Source of the DNA: a virus
Reading direction: 5' to 3' (one strand)
Virus record (IMG/VR): IMGVR_UViG_3300042330_000875
Coordinates: 1-64,000 of that record
Length of the DNA: 64,000 nucleotides
In this document: piece after piece, positions 59,336 through 64,000 of the stretch
How positions within the stretch are numbered: the stretch's first letter is position 1
Layout of the letters: every line of letters begins with the position of its first letter
Notes under the pieces: generated by a model
Database searches by the model: none
What the model was told of the DNA's origin: nothing
Seen by the model: the letters and a program-made list of their open reading frames with translations, nothing else
Program-made: the position numbers and the translations under genes

Positions 59336-61000
59336 TTATTCCTTGAATTTGTTAGTTACTGGAAAACGTCTATCTAAGCCAAATTGCAAACCAGTAATTT
59401 TTGGTCCAACTGATTTACAAAATTGTCGTTTGTATTCATTATTCATTACTTTTTTTGCAATATCACGATACAATTCAACCGTACATTTTTCAGCAATTTC
59501 AACAGGAACATTTTTTAAACACTCTTTTTGATTTAATTCAAAAAAACTAGCAGAAATGTTTTGATTGATAATTAAATCAAGTAACTGATCTAATACTGGA
59601 TATTCAGGAAGTGATTGGTTGTCTTGTTGATCTTCACGTAATTCAGCACTAGGCGGTTTAACAATGATATTTGTTGGTATTGCATTATTTTTATGTTGAT
59701 TAATCCAATGGCATAATTCAAAAACTTTTGTTTTAGGAATGTTAGATAAAACATTAATACCATTCGCACTATCACCAAAAATTGTACAGTACCCAACTGA
59801 TAATTCACTTTTATTGCCGGTTCCTAAAACCACATGACCAAATTGATTGCTTAATGCCATAAGCACAATCATTCTTGCACGACTTTGAACATTTTCATCT
59901 GCTACACCAGTTAAAGAAACAATTGGAGAAATTTGACCACGAATTGCATTAACAATAGGTTCAATTTCAACAGTTGATAAATTAATTTTTAAATTTTTTG
60001 CTAATTGTTCGGCATCGCTTAAACTATGACTGCTGCTAAATTTACTTGGTAATCGAACAGCAAAAACATTTTCTGTTCCTAAAGCTTCGGCTGCAATAAC
60101 TGCAACCAATGCACTATCAACGCCGCCACTTAATCCTAAAACAGCAGTTTTGAAATTTTGTTTTTTAAAATAATCACGCAAGTTTACAACCATTGCATTA
60201 TACATTTGCCAATTTTCATTGTATTCAGGTAAAATAAAACCTGTAAATTTTTTAATCATATCAAAATTAACATAACGAATTGGATTTGGGTTACAATCAA
60301 AAATTTCAAATGGGCGTTCATGCATCGTGTCAAAACTTCCACCATCAAAAACAAGATCATCTTGTGCAGATGTTCCAATATTAACATAAAATGCATGTTT
60401 AATATTTTTTGCAAATTTCAAATGAGTTTCAACGATTTGCATACGAATTTGTTGTTTATTAATTTCAAAAGGACTGCCATTAATTGCAATTAACAATTCG
60501 GCACCTAAATTATCAAGATGAGTTACAACATTGTCTTTCCAAATATCTTCACAAATTGCAAAACCAATTTTTACATTATCAATTAAAATTGGGTGAATTT
60601 TTTTAATATTTCCTGGAACAAAATTGCGTTTTTCATCAAACACGCCATAATTGGGTAGATGAATTTTATTTTGTTCATAAACGACTTTGCCGTTTTTAAC
60701 AACTTTTAACGTGTTGTAAATGTTACGTTTTTCAAAATTTTCAACTGTAACTGTGCCATAAACGATAAAAGCAGAAATTGTTTTAGAAAATTCTAAAATA
60801 CGATTTTCTTCTAAGGTTGCTTTTTCAATAAAACCTTTACGTTCAATTAAATCTCCTAAAGGATAGCCAACTGTTGAACATTCAGGAAACACAATAATTT
60901 GTGTATTACTATCTACGTCTTTCATTCGTTCAATCATTTTTGAAATATTATTTTCAATATCTCCAACAGTAGGGTTGAATTCAATTCCAGCTACTAACAT
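59336..61000 (-). CDS. nadE: Glutamine-dependent NAD+ synthetase
   Basis: FPE, KIHLPNY, ICED nitrilase triad; GLSGGVDS, TGNKSE, PSAEL. Confidence 0.95.
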   Translation of the reverse strand: MLVAGIEFNPTVGDIENNISKMIERMKDVDSNTQIIVFPECSTVGYPLGDLIERKGFIEKATLEENRILEFSKTISAFIVYGTVTVENFEKRNIYNTLKVVKNGKVVYEQNKIHLPNYGVFDEKRNFVPGNIKKIHPILIDNVKIGFAICEDIWKDNVVTHLDNLGAELLIAINGSPFEINKQQIRMQIVETHLKFAKNIKHAFYVNIGTSAQDDLVFDGGSFDTMHERPFEIFDCNPNPIRYVNFDMIKKFTGFILPEYNENWQMYNAMVVNLRDYFKKQNFKTAVLGLSGGVDSALVAVIAAEALGTENVFAVRLPSKFSSSHSLSDAEQLAKNLKINLSTVEIEPIVNAIRGQISPIVSLTGVADENVQSRARMIVLMALSNQFGHVVLGTGNKSELSVGYCTIFGDSANGINVLSNIPKTKVFELCHWINQHKNNAIPTNIIVKPPSAELREDQQDNQSLPEYPVLDQLLDLIINQNISASFFELNQKECLKNVPVEIAEKCTVELYRDIAKKVMNNEYKRQFCKSVGPKITGLQFGLDRRFPVTNKFKE

Positions 61001-61077
61001 TTTATTCTCCTAAAAATTTATTAATTGACATTTTGAATATATTTGCATAAATACCTTCTTTTGTCAAAGAGGAAATT

Positions 61078-61608
61078 ATGAAAAATATTTTATTAATTTT
61101 AATGGTTGTGTGTTTTGCATCAACGGCCAATGCTCAAATTTCCCACTGGAAAAACAAAGTTGAATTTGAAGAAAATTTAATTTCTGCCAGTTCAAACGTA
61201 AAAGATTTTAAATGTTTATCGGTTGCATTATATATAGAATGTCGTGCATGTTCAGGAAAAGAAATTCATACATTAGCTCAAACATTTATCAACCGAAAAT
61301 CCAATGAAAATTTTCCTGATTCAATTTGTAAAATTTTAGATCAAAAAGATCGTTTTAAAAATAAATTGGTTAAACAATTTCCTTGGGTTTATAACAAACG
61401 AATTTTAACCAAATTTTCTATTAAAGAGGAAAATAATTGGGAAACTGTTCAAAAATACGCTTATATGGTTTTAGAAAGCACAGATTCTATCGACATTTCA
61501 AATGGTGGAATTTATTTTACGCTTCCTCATGAAGTTCAAAGTTGGACTAAAAAATTAGAAATGGTTGTAAAATTGCCTTACCATAATGTTTACAAAAACA
61601 GAGAATAG
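61078..61608 (+). CDS. SleB-like cell wall hydrolase
   Basis: Signal peptide; CLSVALYIECR, FPDSIC, QFPW. Confidence 0.7.
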   Translation: MKNILLILMVVCFASTANAQISHWKNKVEFEENLISASSNVKDFKCLSVALYIECRACSGKEIHTLAQTFINRKSNENFPDSICKILDQKDRFKNKLVKQFPWVYNKRILTKFSIKEENNWETVQKYAYMVLESTDSIDISNGGIYFTLPHEVQSWTKKLEMVVKLPYHNVYKNRE

Positions 61609-61854
61609 AAAATTTTCCATATTTATCTTGCCAAAAAGCACTTTTAGGAATAGCTTGTGTTTGTCGCTGAAAACAAATCGGCAAAATTCAAAAAATCAAG
61701 TTAAAAAGGATTGAAATTTAAAAATGCTAAAAACTAATCGTAAACATCAAAAGGATGATAACAATCAATTAACAGTTTTTAAGTGGGCTAAACCGGGTTT
61801 CGGTTTTAAAAGTTAATAAAATCTTTACACAATTTACAGGAGAAAGTATTTAAT

Positions 61855-63036
61855 ATGGCTAAAAAAACATCAATGAGCGCTACATCACTAACACAAGTTA
61901 AACCAAGTCAACTTGTAAAATTTTTACAAAATCAGCGCCGTTCAAAAACTACAGTTATGATTTGGGGTGCCCCAGGCATTGGTAAAAGTTCACTTGTACG
62001 TGATTATGCTGATTCAATTTATGGTATTCGTAACGGCAAACAAGTACAATATCGATTAGTTGATATTCGCCTTGCACAAATGGAACCTACCGATCTTCGT
62101 GGTATTCCAATTCCAGTTACCATTAGTGATCCTGATCTTGCTAAAATGGCTGGTGTTAAAGAAGGCACTACTGTTATGGTTAAATGGGCTTCACCTGAAA
62201 TGTGGCCTACTGAAAACGACGCACCAACAGTTATTTTCTTGGATGAAATGAATTCTGCACAGCAAACAATTCAAGCTGCTGCTTATCAAATTCTTCTTGA
62301 TCGTGGGATTGGTGAACTTCGTTTCCCTGAAGATACTATCATCGTCGCTGCTGGTAATCGTGAAACTGACCGTGGCGTAACATTCTCTCTTCCAACTCCG
62401 GTTCGTAATCGTGTTGCTCACGTTGAATTAATTTTTGACTTTGAAGAATGGCGTACAATTGCAACTAATAAGAATTATCATGCTCTTGTAATTGGTTATC
62501 TTTCAAAGTTTACCGATGCAACCGATGAGTTTGACCCTACTTCTTCAGAAAACGCATTTGCTACGCCCCGTACATGGCAATTCGTTTCTGATTCATTAAA
62601 TGCAAATCCTGATTTGCTTGATGATCCAATTAGTTTAGGAATTGACGTTGCTTCAAAAGTTGGCACTAAACACGCTATTCCTTTCGTTGCACACGTAAAA
62701 GATGCAAATCGAATTCCTGCACCAGAAGATATTTTCACTGGTAAAATTAAGAAAATTGGTGAAAAACTCGACGTGGGCATTCAATGGACTCTTGTTACCA
62801 TGCTTATTCAAGCATTGCGTAAAATTCCTGATAATGAAAAAATTGATGCAAAAACAAAAAACAAATACGGGGAAAATTTCCTACAATTTGTTACAGTTAA
62901 TTTCTCTAAAGAATACAACATTTTAGTTGCACGTACTGCAATGAAAGACAAAATTATTGCAGACGGCTTTGTTTGGCGTGATATGCAAATCATGACTGAT
63001 TGGGCGAATGAATACGGTCCTTACATTCGTGGTTAA
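61855..63036 (+). CDS. MoxR-like AAA+ ATPase
   Basis: GAPGIGKS, IFLDE, AAGN, TPRTW. Confidence 0.9.
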   Translation: MAKKTSMSATSLTQVKPSQLVKFLQNQRRSKTTVMIWGAPGIGKSSLVRDYADSIYGIRNGKQVQYRLVDIRLAQMEPTDLRGIPIPVTISDPDLAKMAGVKEGTTVMVKWASPEMWPTENDAPTVIFLDEMNSAQQTIQAAAYQILLDRGIGELRFPEDTIIVAAGNRETDRGVTFSLPTPVRNRVAHVELIFDFEEWRTIATNKNYHALVIGYLSKFTDATDEFDPTSSENAFATPRTWQFVSDSLNANPDLLDDPISLGIDVASKVGTKHAIPFVAHVKDANRIPAPEDIFTGKIKKIGEKLDVGIQWTLVTMLIQALRKIPDNEKIDAKTKNKYGENFLQFVTVNFSKEYNILVARTAMKDKIIADGFVWRDMQIMTDWANEYGPYIRG

Positions 63037-63067
63037 AAATTAGGAGAGATTTAATCTCTCCTAATTT
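63037..63067. terminator. Palindromic hairpin
   Basis: AAATTAGGAGAGAT-TTA-ATCTCTCCTAATTT. Confidence 0.65.
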
Positions 63068-63084
63068 ATTCATAGGAGTTTTTA

Positions 63085-63636
63085 ATGGAAGAAATGTTAT
63101 TAAAAATTAAAACATCGATTATTTTATTTAAAAATCCAGAATATAGATTTTTTGTTTCTAATTTAAAAAATGTTGGTAATTCTATGGTTGATAATTTTAA
63201 AATTGAAAATAATATTTTGTTTTATAATCAAAATATTAAACAAAAATCATTTTCTGAATTAATCGATTTATTATTAGAAGAAATTAAAATTAAATTTGTT
63301 GAACCAGATTTAACTTTAAAAGATAGTATCTCAGCAATTGATGTATTTTCTGGTAATATTAAAAATTTTAATTCAAAAAATCCTTTAGGATTAATTTCAT
63401 TTCTTCTTAAAGAATTTGAAACAATTATTCAAAATAATGAAATTGACAAACAAGTGAAACAAGAATATGCTAATAATTATTTAGAATTTATTATGAATAA
63501 TTTTTCTTATGAACATAATATATTAAATTCGCGTTTAATAATGTCAAATAAAACATTATGTTATGGCGTTGATTATAGGGATTTAACTTCTATGAAAAAA
63601 CTTGCAGAAAAAGTTGGAAAATATTTACGTAATTAA
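63085..63636 (+). CDS. Chimeric protein: peptidase-like N-half plus AAA C-terminal half
   Basis: Similarity to both neighbours (see finding). Confidence 0.65.
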   Translation: MEEMLLKIKTSIILFKNPEYRFFVSNLKNVGNSMVDNFKIENNILFYNQNIKQKSFSELIDLLLEEIKIKFVEPDLTLKDSISAIDVFSGNIKNFNSKNPLGLISFLLKEFETIIQNNEIDKQVKQEYANNYLEFIMNNFSYEHNILNSRLIMSNKTLCYGVDYRDLTSMKKLAEKVGKYLRN

Positions 63637-63663
63637 ATTTAAAAAAGAAAAGAGGTAATTTAT

Positions 63664-64000
63664 ATGGCAAATGATCCAGTTGAAGTTATGATTATGAAAG
63701 CTAAAAGCTTTATCATGATGCATAACCCTTTTATGGCCCCACTTATTGCTAGTTTAATTTCTGTTGATGCTTCTACTTGGCTTCAAACGATGGCAACCGA
63801 TGGTTTAAGATTATATTACAATCGAGACTTTGTTTTAAAACGTCCAATTGGCGAATTGATCTTTATTTGTGCTCATGAAGTTTTACATTGTGCATATGAT
63901 CACATTGGGCGCGGGTATGGTAGTTATGATCGTAATATTATGAATATGGCGATGGATTATCGTATCAATTACGATATTGTTGCATGGAATGAAAAACTCA
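63664..64000 (+). CDS. DUF2201-like metallopeptidase (MoxR partner), partial
   Basis: MATDG, LYYN, AHEVLH. Confidence 0.8.
   Translation, partial: MANDPVEVMIMKAKSFIMMHNPFMAPLIASLISVDASTWLQTMATDGLRLYYNRDFVLKRPIGELIFICAHEVLHCAYDHIGRGYGSYDRNIMNMAMDYRINYDIVAWNEKL

Noticed and set aside
61724-61816. 30-aa ORF MLKTNRKHQK... upstream of the AAA gene
   Set aside because: SD is poorly spaced and there is no homology evidence
6508-62993. Short antisense or alternative-frame ORFs in the track (e.g. 6508, 8357, 19765, 24905, 36353, 44480, 48609, 62496)
   Set aside because: Nested in well-supported genes, no SD or recognisable motifs
1-64000. tRNA or rRNA genes
   Set aside because: No cloverleaf or T-loop signature noticed in intergenic gaps; not verified with tRNAscan

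Overview
Very AT-rich segment of a large T4-like (probably jumbo) myovirus genome. Core phage genes: gp14-like neck, gp15-like tail completion protein, GH24 lysozyme, three large tail/fibre-like proteins, gp32 SSB, UvsX with a mini-intein, dNMP kinase, exonuclease and Rnl1 ligase. Auxiliary genes: ClpP, TilS, Pth2, NadE, Nudix, an APS kinase fusion and AAA ATPases. An IS607 element (TnpA + TnpB) splits a small gene. A ~13 kb cluster encodes radical SAM enzymes, amidinotransferases, PLP enzymes, 2OG-Fe(II) oxygenases, and sulfotransferase- and glycosyltransferase-like proteins. The least explained features are: (1) a 16-copy family of ~100-aa HRLTGPA-motif proteins with fixed framework, variable patches and three exchangeable tails, partly arranged in a cassette repeated three times with two conserved non-coding elements; (2) a C-terminal helix-like tag shared by at least 18 small proteins, mostly unrelated; (3) nine genes whose ATG lies 5-6 nt after a late-promoter core TAAATA; (4) a stand-alone structured ncRNA candidate; (5) a HUH-endonuclease-like ORF. 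All product calls come from motif recognition by eye; no database searches were run.
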